DNA of 64,000 nucleotides, taken from NCBI GenBank assembly GCA_004431415.1, contig QPMI01000638.1:62001-126000 (forward strand), given 5' to 3'. Shown one piece after another: positions 12,514-25,672 of the stretch. The notes under the pieces were generated by a model. The model searched no databases. It was given only the letters and a program-made list of their open reading frames with translations, and was not told the origin of the DNA. The number at the start of each line of letters is the position of its first letter. Position 1 is the first letter of the stretch. A program made the position numbers and the translations under genes. Source of the stretch: Cyanophora paradoxa CCMP329 (taxonomy: Eukaryota; Plantae; Glaucophyta).

Positions 12514-13927
12514 TCTTCAGCCTTAGTTCAACCTTTAGGCTTGTATTAGCCTGTAGCTAATAGCTCTGACAGCTTCAGATGTGATGCAGAAATGAAGCGT
12601 TCCGGGAACCTATCAAGACTGGTTATGACAACCGAGTTCGAGCCTTGAATTTAAAGTTTCCAGTCTCAAGCTACAGTGAGTCAAGTTGAGCTGTAGCTAT
12701 AGCTATATATAGCTAGCGCTAGCGTGCGGGCTAGTCACCGAGTCCTGGTACGCGTGTACAGGACACTAGTACTGTCACGTGCGCGTACGTATACGTACAC
12801 GTATACACATACACTGCAGCGTATACGAATACTACTGCAGCTGCAGCGCTAGCTGCAGGCGCCCGGCCCTGGAGTTTTTCACGAATTCGAACGGGGGGAA
12901 AGCTCTCAGGCGGGTACCCTGCCGTCCCACCGGAGCGTTGGCTGCAGCTCCTGGCTGCCGGCGGCTTCGCCAGCGGGATGGAGCCGCTGCAGAATGCTTT
13001 GCAGATGGTTCAGCTCAGCCGGCGGCAAGGCGCAGCCGGAGGTGTGTTTCGCCTGGCGTGGTCGAAGGCCACTGGGTCGTGAAGCAAATCCGGAGCTAGT
13101 TCGACTCGCGCTGACGACTGACTTCGCTGCCCGGGCGTACGCAGACCTGGCCGAGCCGACTGTTGTTCCAAGGCCGTCCCCGGACAGCCCTCGGCAGATC
13201 AACCGTGGAAAGTGAGTTCGATTAGAAAAGCTTGCTGCGTGTTTCCGTTTCCGTCTTGGTCCGACTGGCCGGGCTCTGTTGTCCAGCCGCGTCGGGTTGG
13301 GGCGAGCTCGCCAAACCCCGTCGTTTAGCTGATTTTTAGATTCTGCTCGCTAGCTAGCTATTGGTTCACTGCTCCTCCAGATCGCAGCCTATTGGCATGC
13401 GAGCTGCTCACTGCTCCTCCAGATCGAAGCTACCTGCCCATGGACGTGCGGGCTTGCCAGGTCAGTTCAGGAGATCTGACACATTTTCTTTCGCGCTGAG
13501 CCCTGCTACCAGACTCGATTGGAATCGGTCTTGTGCTTGAATCTGCCGAGGTATGACCTTTAATATGCAGTTCGAGGTTGAGTTCGTTTTAGAGTTCTGA
13601 CAGGACCGCGAACTGTTCGGAGATTTGTCGATGCTTCTCATCGGTGATTTTGCCCTCTGATGCCGAGCTCTGATGTTGCGCGCTCATGTGTCGGCGTTTA
13701 CTTTGGCAGGAGTCATTATGCGGGAGAAAATGGTGCGTCTAGATCTGAGCTGATGCGGCCATATCGCGAGTTTGACGCGCGCTCAGATCTTCGAGCTGAC
13801 TCAGGCCTGCAGTACTTGGTGATTCGGGCCTCGATTGTCTGTGCTGATGCGCGGTTCGGTTAGATCGAGGAAGAGCTTGGATCTCGAATCAGCAGGCGGA
13901 GCTCCGGCTCCGTCCACGGCTCCACCG

Positions 13928-16900
13928 ATGCTCTCACCGCGAGCTCGCAATCTTCCCGGCCAAGTGGTCAGGGGCGCGCCCTGAGCTTACTTCCGGGAGC
14001 CGCGCCCCTGTCGACGCGGTCGGCATCCATCTCGCCTCGATTTGGCTCGCCCCGCCTGGATCGACGGGCCGGCGCAGGTCGCTGGGCGATCGACCGCTGG
14101 GCGGCAGCCTGGGACGGGAGACGGGCCGCGAGGTGGCGCAGGAGCTGGCGCGCAGGGAGGCGGCGCGGGACATCGCCCGCCTCTCTGTTAAGCAGGAGGA
14201 CCTCAGCGACAATGTCCTCCAGCTGCGACAGGAGCAGACGCAGGCGAGCCCCCCCCCCCCCCCCCCCCCAACACACACACACACGCGCGCGCGCCTCGGG
14301 GCAAGCTTGAGACCTCTCGCAGGACCTGAACGAGATCCTCTCGCTGTGGGCGCGCATGCGCAAGGAGAAGGACCGGACGCAGGCGGCGCTCGACAGGGTC
14401 CTCGCGAACAATGCGGCCTCTGCAGAGCGCGTTCGTCAAGCGATCATGCAGATCCGCGCCCTGCAGCAGGAGAAGGCCGACGCCCGGCACATGCTTGAGG
14501 CGACTCTGGCAAGCGTGGACAGCATCCGGAAAGAGGCGAGCGGGTCGCCCTTCCCTTCGTCCGGGGTGCCGTCGACCTGGGCGCGCAGATGGAGCGGACG
14601 CGGTCGGTGCACGCGAGTGAGGCGGGCGACCTGCGGGCCCTGGTGGAAGAGCTCCGCAGGGAGCTGCAGAGGAAGACCGACGCCGCCCGCGACGCCGCCG
14701 TCCTGCGCGAGGTGCGCCGAGTCCCCTCCGGCCCGCCCGCTCGGCCGCCCACATCGCCAACCCCGCCGTGCAGTCCTGGCGGCAGTGGCGGGAGAGCCTG
14801 CGGGCGAAGCGCTCGCTGCGGCGCGTCGTGGCCCGCTGGCGGGACGCCGGCCTCCGCGTCTACTTTGCGCACTGGCAGAGGAACGCGCGGCTCGAGCGGG
14901 GGGAGCGGGAGGAGGAGGAGCGCGCGGCGGCGCTGGCGCTGGAGCGCGAGAGGGCGCGGGCGCTGCAGGCGGAGCGCGACCAGGCGGCGTCGGGGGCGGA
15001 GGAGCTGCGGGCGCGGCTGGAGGGCATCCTCGGGGAGAAGGAGGCGGGGATGCAGAGCCTGCGGGAGCGCGTGCTGGAGGAGCGGCGGAAGGCGGCGGCC
15101 AAGCTGCTGCAGTCATCCCTCTCCCGCTGGCTCGGCAAGGGCAAGTCCGCCGCATGGAACGCCTGGCGGCAGTACGTCGCAGAGCAGCGGAGCCGCCGCG
15201 CCGTCCTCCGCCGCTTCACGCGCCTCTGGCAGCAGCGGTGCGCTCGGCGCCGCGCTCCTCGGCCCCCTTCGCGGGGGCCGTCTGACGGGCGCGAGCGAGC
15301 AGGTGGCTGCGGGCCTCGTGGCGGCACTGGCGGGAGTTCGTGGACGACGCCCGCAAAGAGAAGGACGAGCAGAGGCGGGAGGCGGAGCTCGCGGAGCTGC
15401 GCGCCTCGGCCGTGAAGCAGGCGGCGGCGCTCGAGGCCGCCGCCAAGGAGCGTGCCGGCCTCGAGAAGCGCCTGGAGGCGGAGCGGGCGGAGCGGGCGTC
15501 GCTGGAGCGGGAGCTGGCGGCGTCGAAGGCGCGGGGCTTGGAGGTGGAGCAGGAGGCGGGCGAGCAGCAGAGGAGGGGCGCCACGCAGGCCAAGCAGCTC
15601 GCCGAGGCGGCGCGGGCCCACGAGGCGCTCCAGCGCGAGCTCGAGGCGGCGCGCGCCCAGGCGGAGAAGGACCGGGCCGCCCTGCAGCACGCGCTCGACG
15701 CGGCCCGGGAGCAGGCGGAGGAGGAGCGGGCAAGCCTAGAAAAGGCGCTTGGCGCGGCGCAGCGGCGCGCGCAGGAGGCGGAGCTGGAGTGCAGCGTGCA
15801 GGCGGCCCAGCTGGCGGAGGCGGCGCGGCAGTTCGCGGCCTCCCAGCGCGAGCTGGAGGCCTCGCGCGGGGCGGCGGCGGCCGGCTCAGCCGACGCCCAG
15901 CGCCTCACGGCCCGCGTCGCCGAGCTCGAGGCCGAGCTCGGCGCCGCCGCCGCGCAGAAGGAACGCGCGGTCGCCTCGGTCGGCCGCACCCGCGCCCTTT
16001 CCGGGGCCTGGCGGGTGCGTCCGCCGCGCCCAGGGGCCGGCGGCGGCCGTCTGACTCGCGCGCAGGCGTGGCGGGACTACGTGGCGCGGGAGCGGGAGGC
16101 GCACCAGGGCGAGGAGGCGGCGCGCGTGCTGGGCGACCTCGAGGAGGCGCGGCGGGCGCTGGAGGAGGCCCGCGCGGCGCTCGCCGGCGCCGACGAGACC
16201 AAGCGGGGCCTCGAGTCGGCCTCCGTGGACCTCACCGGCAAGCTGCAGGCGGCCCTCGACCGGCACCGGAGCGACCGCGAGGGCGCCCAGCGCCGCCTCC
16301 TCCTTTCCGTCTTCCAGCGCTGGGCGCGCCGCGACCTCGCCGCCGCCTTCCTCCCCTGGCGCCAGTACGCCGCCGAGAAGCGGGCGCGGCGCAAGGCCTC
16401 GGCGCGGGCCGCCGAGCGCCTGCGGCTGCGGTCCATGACCGACGCGTTCGGCGTCTGGCGGCGCGAGGCGCACCTCCAGAGCCAGCTGCGGGCCGTGGAC
16501 GCGCGCGGCCGCCTCGAGGCGGACGCGGAGCAGCTGCGGCGGCAGCTCTCGGTCGCGCAGGGGCGCGTGGCGGAGCTGGAGCAGGCGCTCGCGGCGGTGC
16601 AGGAGCTGACCGAGTCCTCGAGGACGGCGATGGAGAGCGAGCGCGCCGCGGTGGAGGAGGAGCGCCTCCGGGTGAAGGAGCGCGTGATGCGGCGGGTCGT
16701 GGAGCGCTGGTCCCGCGCCTCGCTGCGCGGCTGTTTCATGGGCTGGCGGGAGGCCATCGCGGAGGCGCGGCGGAAGCAGGAGCTCCTCCGGCGCGTCGTC
16801 GCCCGCCTGCAGCACCGCTCCGTCTACGCAGCCTTTGCCGAGTGGCGCGAGGCGGCCCGCGAGCGGCGCCACCAGCGCGGCGCCGCCGACGTCGCCGCCA

Positions 16901-19900
16901 GCGTCGCCGCCATGCAGTCCGACCTCCTCGCCTCGCAGTCCGCCCTTCGCGAGAGCCAGGCGGCGCGCGCCGCGCTGGAGGCGGAGCTGACGCGCCTTGG
17001 CGCCGACGTCGTCTCCTTCCGCGACAAGTACGAGCGGGCGCGCGAGGACAACCGCACCCGCGTCCTCGGCCGCGTCATCATGCGCATGCAGAAGTACGGC
17101 GCCCCTGCGTCCCGCTCCCCGCGGGCCGACCCCGCCGCTCTGAGCGCGGCGCAGGAGGGAGGCTGCCGTTGCGTTCGGCACGTGGCGGGAGTTCGCGGCG
17201 GACAGGGCCCGCAAGCGCAGCATCGTCACGCGACTCGTGGCCCGCATGCGCCACCGGACCGCCTTCCTGGCGTTCGACGCGTGGAAGCAGGAGCTGGCCG
17301 CCTCCAAGGCCGCCCGCGGCGAGCGGACGCTCCAGGAGGAGCTCGCCGGCGCGCAGGAGTCCTCCGCGAAGCTGCAGGCGGCGCTGCGCGAGAGTGAGGC
17401 GGCACGGGCGGCGCTGGAGGCCGAGCTGACGCGGCTCGGCGCCGACGCGACCCTGTTCCGCGAGAAGTTCGAGAAGGCGCGGGAAGAGGGCCGCACCAGG
17501 ATCCTCACCCGCGTCATCCTTAAGATGCAGAAGCGGGATCTCTCGTCGGCTTTTGGCACGTGGAGGGAGTACGCAGCGGACAGCGCGCGCAAGCGGAAGA
17601 TCGTGACGCGCTTCGTGGCCCGCATCCGCAACCGTGCCGTGCTCATGACCTTCGACGTGCGCGCCGCCGAGCCGAGCGCCGGCGCGCTGCATCGCTCATG
17701 CGCGTCTGCAGGCATGGAAGCAGGAGCTGGCGGTTTCCAAGGCAGCCCGCGGCGAGCGCTCGCTCCAGCAGCAGCTCGCCGATGCGCAGGAGGCGTCCTC
17801 CAAAGCGCAGGCGGCGCTCAGGGAGGCGGAGGCGGCACGGGCGGCGCTGGAGGCCGAGCTGACGCGGCTCGGCGCCGACGCGTCGGCCTTCCGCGAGAAG
17901 TTCGATAGGGAGCGCGAGGCGAGCCGCACCAAGATCCTCAACCGCGTCATTCTCAAGATGCAGAAGAGGGATCTCTCGTCGGCTTTCGGCACCTGGCGGG
18001 AGTACGCCTCCGAGTCGGCCCAGAAGCGGAGAATCGTGACGCGCTTCGTGGCCCGCATCCGCAACCGCGCCGTGCTCATGACCTTCGACGTGCGCGCCGC
18101 CGAGCCCACCGCTGGCGCGCTGCGTTGCTCATGCGCGTCTGCAGGCGTGGAAGCAGGAGCTGGCGGTTTCCAAGGCAGCCCGCGGCGAGCGTTCACTCCA
18201 GCAGCAGCTCGCCGATGCGCAGGAGGCGTCCGGCAAGGCGCAGGCGGCGCTCAGGGAGGCGGAGGCGGCACGGGCGGCGCTGGAGGCCGAGCTGACGCGG
18301 CTCGGCGCCGACGCGAACCTGTTCCGCGAGAAGTTTGAGAAGGCGCGGGAGGAGGGCCGCACCAAGATCCTCACCCGCGTCATCCTTAAGATGCAGAAGC
18401 GGGATCTCTCGTCGGCTTTTGGTACGTGGAGGGAGTACGCAGCGGACAGCGCGCGCAAGCGGAAGATCGTGACGCGCTTCGTGGCCCGCATCCGCAACCG
18501 TGCCGTGCTCATGACCTTCGACGTGCGCGCCGCCGAGCGGAGCTCCTTCGCATGTCCCTGAGACCTCCGGCAGGCGTGGAAGCAGGAGCTGGCGGCGCAG
18601 AAGGCGACCCGCGGGGAGCTGTCCCTGCAGCAGCGCCTGGCGGCCGCGCAGGGCGAGATCGAGGACCTGCGCCAGCGGCTCGCGCTGGGCGAGAAGGAAG
18701 AGGAGGAGCGCCGCGCCACGCTCGCCCGCCGTGCCCTCGTCGACGCCGAGCGGCGCCGCCGGAAGCTCGAGAACGTCATCGGCAAGGTGCCGAGCCCAGC
18801 GCGCCTCCTGGCCCGCCCGACTGCGCCGCGCCCGACGCCGGCGCAGTGGCAGAGGCAGGAGCTGTCACGGCCGTGGTGCGCGTGGCGGGAGCACGTGCTG
18901 CAGGCGCGGCAGATGCGGACGGCGATGCGCAAGGTCGTCGCGCGCATGCAGAACCGCACCCTGGAGCTCGCCTTCTTCGAGTGGGCCGGCGCCTTCAAGG
19001 CCGCGCGGGCGGAGCGGCGGGAGGCGGAGCTCGCGGCGGCGCGCGAGGCGCTGGCGGCGCAGGAGCGGGCCCTCGAGACGGCGCGCCTCTCGGGGGACGG
19101 CCTTTCCAGCGAGCTGCAGCTCGCCTCGAGCGAGCTGGCGGACCTGAAGAGGCGGCAGGAGGCGGAGCGCGAGGCGGCGCGGGCGCGCGTCATGACCGCC
19201 GTCGTGCGGCGCATGCGCGGCTTCACCGTCGCCGGCGCCTGGTCGGCCTGGCGCGAGTTCGTCGCCGAGCGGCGCCGGCAGCGGGCGGTCGCGCGGCGCG
19301 TCGTCGCGCGGCTCCAGCAGCGGAGCCTCGCCGTCGCCTTCGCGGGGTGGCGCGAGGAGGTGGAGGAGCAGCGGGCGGCGCGCGAGAAGGGCGGCCTGGC
19401 GGCGTCGCTGGAGGAGGCGGGGCGGCGGCTGCAGGAGGCCGAGGGGCGCGCCTCGGGGCTCGAGGAGGAGAAGGCGCGCCTCGAGGGCGAGCTCCTGCGC
19501 CTCCGCGCCGGCCTCGAGACGGTCTCCGGCTCCCGCGACCTCGCCCGCGCCGCCGCCCTCCGCACCATCCTCCTCCGCTGGCAGCGGTGCGCGCCCCGCT
19601 GCCCGCCCCGCCCCCGCCCCCGCCCCGTCTCACATCGCCCCCGGCCCCAGGCGCGACCTCTGGACGGCGATGCGGGCGTGGACGCAGTACACGGCGAGCG
19701 CGGCGCGCACCCGCGTCGCCGCCCGGCGCGCCGTCGCCATGCTCCAGAACCGCGCCCTCGCGACCGCCTTTTCGGTGCGACCCGCCGCCGTCTCCCGGCC
19801 CCGCCCCGCCTGACCCGCTGCAGGGCTGGTCGCAAGCGCTGCGGGAGGCGAAGGAAGAGCGCCGGGAGGCGGACTTGCGCGCCGCCCGCGATCGCATCGC

Positions 19901-22900
19901 CGCCCTCGAGGCCCGCGCCGGCCCCTCCCCGCCCCCTCCGCCTCGCCTCGCCGCGCCGCTGAGGGGCGCGCAGAGCAAGGCCGGGGAGCTCGAGACGGCG
20001 ACGAGCGAGCTGGCGGACCTGAAGAGGCGGCAGGAGGCGGAGCGCGAGGCGGCGCGGGCGCGCGTCATGACCGCCGTCGTGCGGCGCATGCGCGGCTTCA
20101 CCGTCGCCGGCGCCTGGTCGGCCTGGCGCGAGTTCGTCGCCGAGCGGCGCCGGCAGCGGGCGCTGCTGCGGCGGGTGGCGGGCCGCCTGCAGAACGCGAA
20201 GCTCGCGTCGGCGTGGTCCAAGTGGCGCCAGTTCGTCGACGAGGCCGTCGACGAGCGGCGGCAGGCGACGGCGGCCGCCGAGGCGGCGGAGCTGCGCCAG
20301 CGCTCCGGCGAGCTCGAGCGCGCGCTGCACACCGCGCGGGACGAGCTCGCCGTCGCCAAGGCCGAGATGCAGCGGCAGGGCCTCAGCCTCGACTCGGCGC
20401 TGCAGCGGGCGGCGGCGGAGCGCGAGGCGGCGCGCGGGCGCCTCCTGCGGGCCGTCGTGCAGCGGTGGCAGCGGCGGGACCTCGCCCTGCCCTTCCAGGC
20501 GTGGCGCGAGTGGGCCGAGTCGCAGCGGCGCGCCAAGTCGGTCCTCACGCGCGCCGTCGGCCGCTGGCGCTTCGGGGCCCTCTCGATGGCCTTCAGCGGC
20601 TGGGCGGCGGCGCTGAAGCAGGCGAAGGTGGAGCGGCTTGCGCAGCTGAACGCCGCCGTCGCCGCCGAGCTGCAGGCGACGCGGGAACGGCTCGAGGAGC
20701 AGGCGCGCGCCGCGCGCTCCAGCGGCAGCCGCGTCGACGAGCTCGCCGTTGAGCTGCAGGCGGCGGCCGCGCGGCTCGAGGCGGCGCAGGCGGCGCGGCA
20801 GGAGGCGTGCCTGCAACGCATGGCGGCCGTCCTCAAGCGCTGGACGCGGCGCTCGACGGCGACAATGTTCGGGGCGTGGCGCGCGTGGGCCGCCGAGGAG
20901 GCCCGCCGCCGCCGCCTCATGAAGCAGGTCGCCGCGCGCCTCGTGCACCGCGGCGCCGCCCTCGCCCTCGCCGCCTGGCGCGAGGAGCTGCGCTCCCGCA
21001 AGCACGAGCGCGACGTCGTGGCGGTCCGCTCCGCACTCGGCGACGCGCAGGCGAGCGCCCGCGAGCTGGCGGCCGAGCTCGAGCGCGAGCGGTACCGCGC
21101 GGCGGTCGCCGAGGAGCAGCTCGCGCGCCTCTCGGCCTCGTCGGAGGCGGCCCGGGCCCGCCTCGACGCCGAGCGGGAGGAGCGCAAGCGGCGCGTCATG
21201 CTCGCCATCGTGCAGCGCTGGGGCCGCCGCGAGACCTCCACCATCTTCGCCGCCTGGCGCAAGTGGGCGGCCGACGAGGCCCGCCTGCGGCGCGTGCAGC
21301 GCTCGGTGGTGGCGCGGCTGCGCGGGAGCCTCGCGGCAACGGCCTTCAACAGCTGGCTCGCCGCCCTCGCGCAGGCCCGCCGCGAGCGCGAGGCGGCCGC
21401 CCTCGCCGCCGCCGAGCGCGCCCAGGCGGCCGCCGAGGCGGCCGCGCAGGAGGCCGAGCGGGCGCGGGGGCGGGTGGCGGAGCAGGAGGCGGCGCGGGGG
21501 CGCGAGCAGGCGGCGCTGCAGCTGGAGCGGCAGCGGCTGGAGGAGCAGCGGCAGGAGGAGCGCGAGCGGGCCAAGGCGTTCGTCGTCGGGCGCCTCCTCG
21601 CGCGCTGGTCGAAGCAGCGCGTGCTCGCCGCCTGGAACGCGTGGCGGGTGATGGCGGCGGAGGGGGCCCGCCGGCGCGCCCTCCAGCGCAGCGTCGTGCA
21701 GCGCCTGAGGCGGCGCCTCGAGAGCGTCGCCTTCGCCGCATGGTGGCAGGAGCTTCAGGAGCGCAAGGCCGCCCGCGAGCGCGAGGCCTCCGAGTCGGCC
21801 CGGCGCGCCCTCGAGCAGCAGCTCGCCGAGACGGCTGCCCGGCTCGAGCGGGAGCAGCGGGAGCGGGCGGCGCTGATGGGCGCGGCGACGGCGGCGGGGA
21901 GCGCGCTCGAGGCCTTCGAGCAGCGGCGGCTGGCGGAGCAGGAGCGGCACCGCGAGCGCGTCCTCGCCTCCGTCCTGCGCCGCTGGCAGCGCCGCGAGGT
22001 CGCCCCGGCCTTCGCCGCCTGGGTCGAGTTCGCCCGCGAGTCGGCGCGCCGGCGGCGCCTCCTCGACCGCGTGGCGCGGGCGTGGAAGGCGCGGCGCCTG
22101 GCCGGCGCCTGGCGCTCCTGGGTCGACTTCGCGGTCGGCAGCCGCGAGGAGGCGCGGCGGCGGGAGAGCACGCTGACGGCGATCGTGGTCCGCTGGCGGG
22201 GGCGGAGCGCGCGGGAGGTCTTCGGGGCGTGGCGCCGCTTCGTGCTGCAGACGCGGCTGGAGCGGGCGCAGCAGTCGGGGAGAGCCTGGCGGCGCAGCTC
22301 GAGGTGGCCCGCAAGCTCGCCGCCGACCGCGCCGCCGACGCCGAGGCCCTCGCCTCCCGCCGCGCCGCCCTCGAGTCGCACCTCTCCGCCGACCGTGCCC
22401 GCCTCCAGCGCCTCCTCGCCCGCGGCGTCCTCGGCCGCCTCCTCTGCCGCCCCGCCCGCCGCGTCGCCGCCGACTGCTTCGGCAACTGGCGCGAGTACGC
22501 CCAGGAGCGCGCCGCCCGCCGCACGCAGCTGCGCTCGGCGCGGGCGCGCATCGGGCGGTGGCGCGCGGCGGCGCTGCTCGCCGAGTGGCGGCGGACGTCG
22601 GCGCGCAAGCGGGTGGAGGCAGCGGAGGCGCGCGTGGCGACGCTCGAGGGGGCGCTGCAGCAGACGCGGGAGCGCTTCACGGAGCAGTCGGCGGCGGTGA
22701 CCTCGCTGGATGCCACGCGGGAGCAGCTGCTCGCGCACCTCCGCGCCCTCGAGGAGCAGCGCGAGGCCGCCGCGCAGCGCGCCAGCCTCGACCTCAAGCG
22801 CGGGCGGGAGGCGCTCCTCCGCGCCGCCGCCGCCCGCTTCGACAGCCGCCTCGCCACCCAAGTCCTCACCGGTGCGTGCGCCCCCGCTCGTGCCGCCGCC

Positions 22901-24747
22901 AGCCGACCGACGGCCGGCGCCGGCGCAGCGTGGCGGGGCTGGAGCCACCGGAACCGCCTGCTGAAGCGCCTGGGCGACGTCGCGCGCGTCCGCAACGACG
23001 TGCGCCCCGCCCCGCCCCGGCCCGCCGCTGTGCGCGCGCTCTGACCGCCCCGCGCCCCCGCAGCGGGCGGCGGTGGAGCGGGTGTGGGCGGAGTGGCGCG
23101 GCTCGGCGCGGGCCAAGCGGGAGGGCCGCGCGCAGATCGAGGCGGCGCGCGCCGACCTGAAGAGCGTCCACGCCGAGCTCGAGAAGGCCCGCAAGGCCCT
23201 CGACGTGCGCCGCGGACCCGCACTCTTTGGCCCCCCAGCGGAGGGAGCCCCTCGCTCACGCCCCCGGCAGGTGGCGTCGGCGGAGAGCACGGAGTACAAG
23301 CGGCAGCTGACGGAGACGCTCGTCGTTCTGCGGCGGACAGAGGCGGCGGTGGCGGAGACGGGCGGCGAGGGCGAGCGGGCGCGGCGCGACCAGGCCGCCC
23401 TCCACCAGCAGCTCAAGGAGGCCCGCGCCGCCCTCGAGGACTCCACCCGCCAGTCCGAGGCGCGCCCCGCGGGGCCCCCCGCCCCTGCACCCCCTCGCCC
23501 CGCCGCTGACCCCGCCCGGCGCCCCTGCGAAGGCGTACCGCCGGGAGGCGAACAGCTTCCGGGCGCAGCTGGCGCAGGCCATGGTGCAGGTGCTCTCCCG
23601 AGGGGGCGGGCGCCGGGGAGGGGAGGCTCACGGGGGGGCGGCGGGCAGGTGGAGCAGGGGCGGTCGGCGGCGCAGGAGCGGCGGGTGGCGTCGGACGAGG
23701 TGGCGCAGCTGCGGGCGCAGGCGGAGGCGGCGGTCGCCGAGAAGCGCGAGGCCGAGCGGCACGCCGACCAGATGCGCGACGAGCTCGCCCGCTACATGGC
23801 CGAGGTCCCGCGCCCCGGCCCCGCGCCGCCCCCGCCGGCCACCCCTGAGGCGCCGCGGCAGATGGAGCGGAGCCGGCGGGACCTGCAGGAGAGCCTGACG
23901 CGGTCGGAGAGCTACCGGCGCCTCCTCGCCTCGTCCCTCGAGCAGCTCAACACGGCGCGCATGTCCACGCACCAGCTCGACGGCTTCCGCGCGCTGCTCA
24001 CCAGTGCGCGGCGCCCCCGCCGCCCCCGCGCTGCCCCCCCCCGCCTCCTTACCCCCCGCGCGCTCGCTCGCGCAGGCTACGTCGACGAGTGCGCGGCCCC
24101 ACTCCTCGCGTCGCGGCCCTCGGCGCCGGCTGACGCCCCGCGGCGCGCAGGCTCGAGCGCTCGATCTCCTCCGCCTCGGCCGGCGCGCTGGGCCCCGTTC
24201 CGGGCGGAGCCTCGGGCGCCCACGCCCCCGCGGCCGGCTCTTCCGGCGCCGGCGGCCGCACTTCCACGGTGCGTGCTGCTTGCGCCTCCGGCCCCTGTGG
24301 CACTGCACGCGTCGCCGACTCCGCGCGTCTCCGGCAGGCGCGGGCGGCGGCGGCAGCGCTGATGCAGCAGATCGGGGGCCCCGCGTCGCGGCAGGAGGCG
24401 GAGGAGGAGATGGGCCGCTTCCGCCCCCCGACAGTGGCCTTCTCGGGCACGGCCGCCGCCTCCGCCGCAGCCACGCAGCCGCCCCTCTCCTACCGCTCCA
24501 CCGCGAGCCGCGAGCCGGCGCCGCAGGGCCCCCAGCAAGTGTACGCCCGCTCGCCTCGTCCGAGCCCTGCCTCTCGTCGCCCTCCTCACGCGCCCCTCTC
24601 CGCGGCAGGATCATCCGAGCGCGGGAGACGGCGCGGGCCCTGGACTCGATGGGGCCCGTCATGGTCGACCTCTCATTGCCGCAGGACCCGCCGACGCAGC
24701 CGCCGCGGGGCCTCACCAGTAGCGTCCGCCGCGCCATCAACCACTAG
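13928..24747 (+). CDS. Giant coiled-coil protein with many Sfi1-like (centrin-binding) repeats
   Basis: Recurring motif 'xxVVxRxxxRxLxxAFxxWRE(Y/F)' (e.g. LSSAFGTWREY, LALPFQAWREW, VAPAFAAWVEF) alternates with heptad coiled coils over ~10.8 kb. The start codon is uncertain, and there is a probable 1-nt assembly frameshift near 22280. Confidence 0.7.
16940..18590 (+). repeat. Intragenic tandem duplication of ~430-bp exon+intron units in the Sfi1-like gene
   Basis: The block 'gcggcgctggaggccgagctgacgcggctcggcgccgacg...atgcagaag' recurs four times. The last three copies also share a similar intron after 'accttcgac' (~17657, ~18089, ~18523). Confidence 0.9.
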
Positions 24748-25672
24748 TAGCCGCAACCACCAAATCTTCCTGAAATTGAATTGTAGATCTAGATGTTATT
24801 CGATGGTTCGCAGAGTCATGTTAGAATTCTTTGTGTTGTCTCTCAAAATCAAACTTGAACATGGAGCTTGGAAAAAGAACCTTCGATTTCCGAGAGGGTA
24901 ACCTCGCTTTGTGGCCCTGATCATGATCCTTGCAGGCCCGGGGGCCTAGGCCTGAGTCTGATTTCAGATTCTGAGAGTCTACTAGGCTATCAAACCTTGA
25001 AGATCATGAGATTAACCGTTTAACGGTCCTCGGCTTTCACGTTTTTTTGACTCATGATCGTGATTCGGTGATCAGCCTAGCCGCCGGCCGCTGAGCAGCC
25101 TGGGCGGGCAGCCGCTGAGCTGCCGGCAGTGAGTCGGAGACTCAACGGTTAACCTTTCCTGCGAGCACCCGGCCCCGGGCCCCCGAAGTCGCTGCGAGCC
25201 GCAAATCATGCCATGATGAGCCGCTCAGCGGCTGAGCCTCTAAGCCCCCGGACTCGAGCTCGGAGCTCGCCGGGCTGGCCGAGTCGAGGAGTCTGACGGT
25301 AGGAAGACTTCTAAAGGCTTGAAGCCCCTGAGGCTTAGCTTGCTTAGCCTACAGGCTACTGCAGCTGGCTACTAGGCCCTGAGCTTCGGAGGCTAGTACT
25401 GCCTCGCTGGACGCGTCAGCGGACCGATGATCATTAGGAAAAGACTCATTTGGGCCAGCCTGCCAAAGTCTAACTTTGCCTCCTTCGGCAAACGCAGCCA
25501 TCCGACGCTCTAGATCCACACAAAAAACCAAAATCCCAAGGTCAATTTTCGAATTCGGGGATTGCGGACGGGCAAGGGGGCAGTCGGGGGCAACGAAGGG
25601 AGGGAAGTGGGGCGGGGGCGGGGTGGGAGTAGAGCAGAGAGCGTACAGGGGGACGGGGCGAGGTCTTCACGC

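Noticed and set aside
12880-13900. Possible small gene between OSBP and the Sfi1-like gene
   Set aside because: No coherent spliced product or recognisable motif was found, only a 19-bp local duplication (~13366/13408).
22270-22295. Frameshift in the Sfi1-like gene (programmed shift or pseudogene)
   Set aside because: It falls in a G homopolymer (TCGGGGAGAGC) and one extra G restores the frame, so it is most likely a sequencing or assembly indel.
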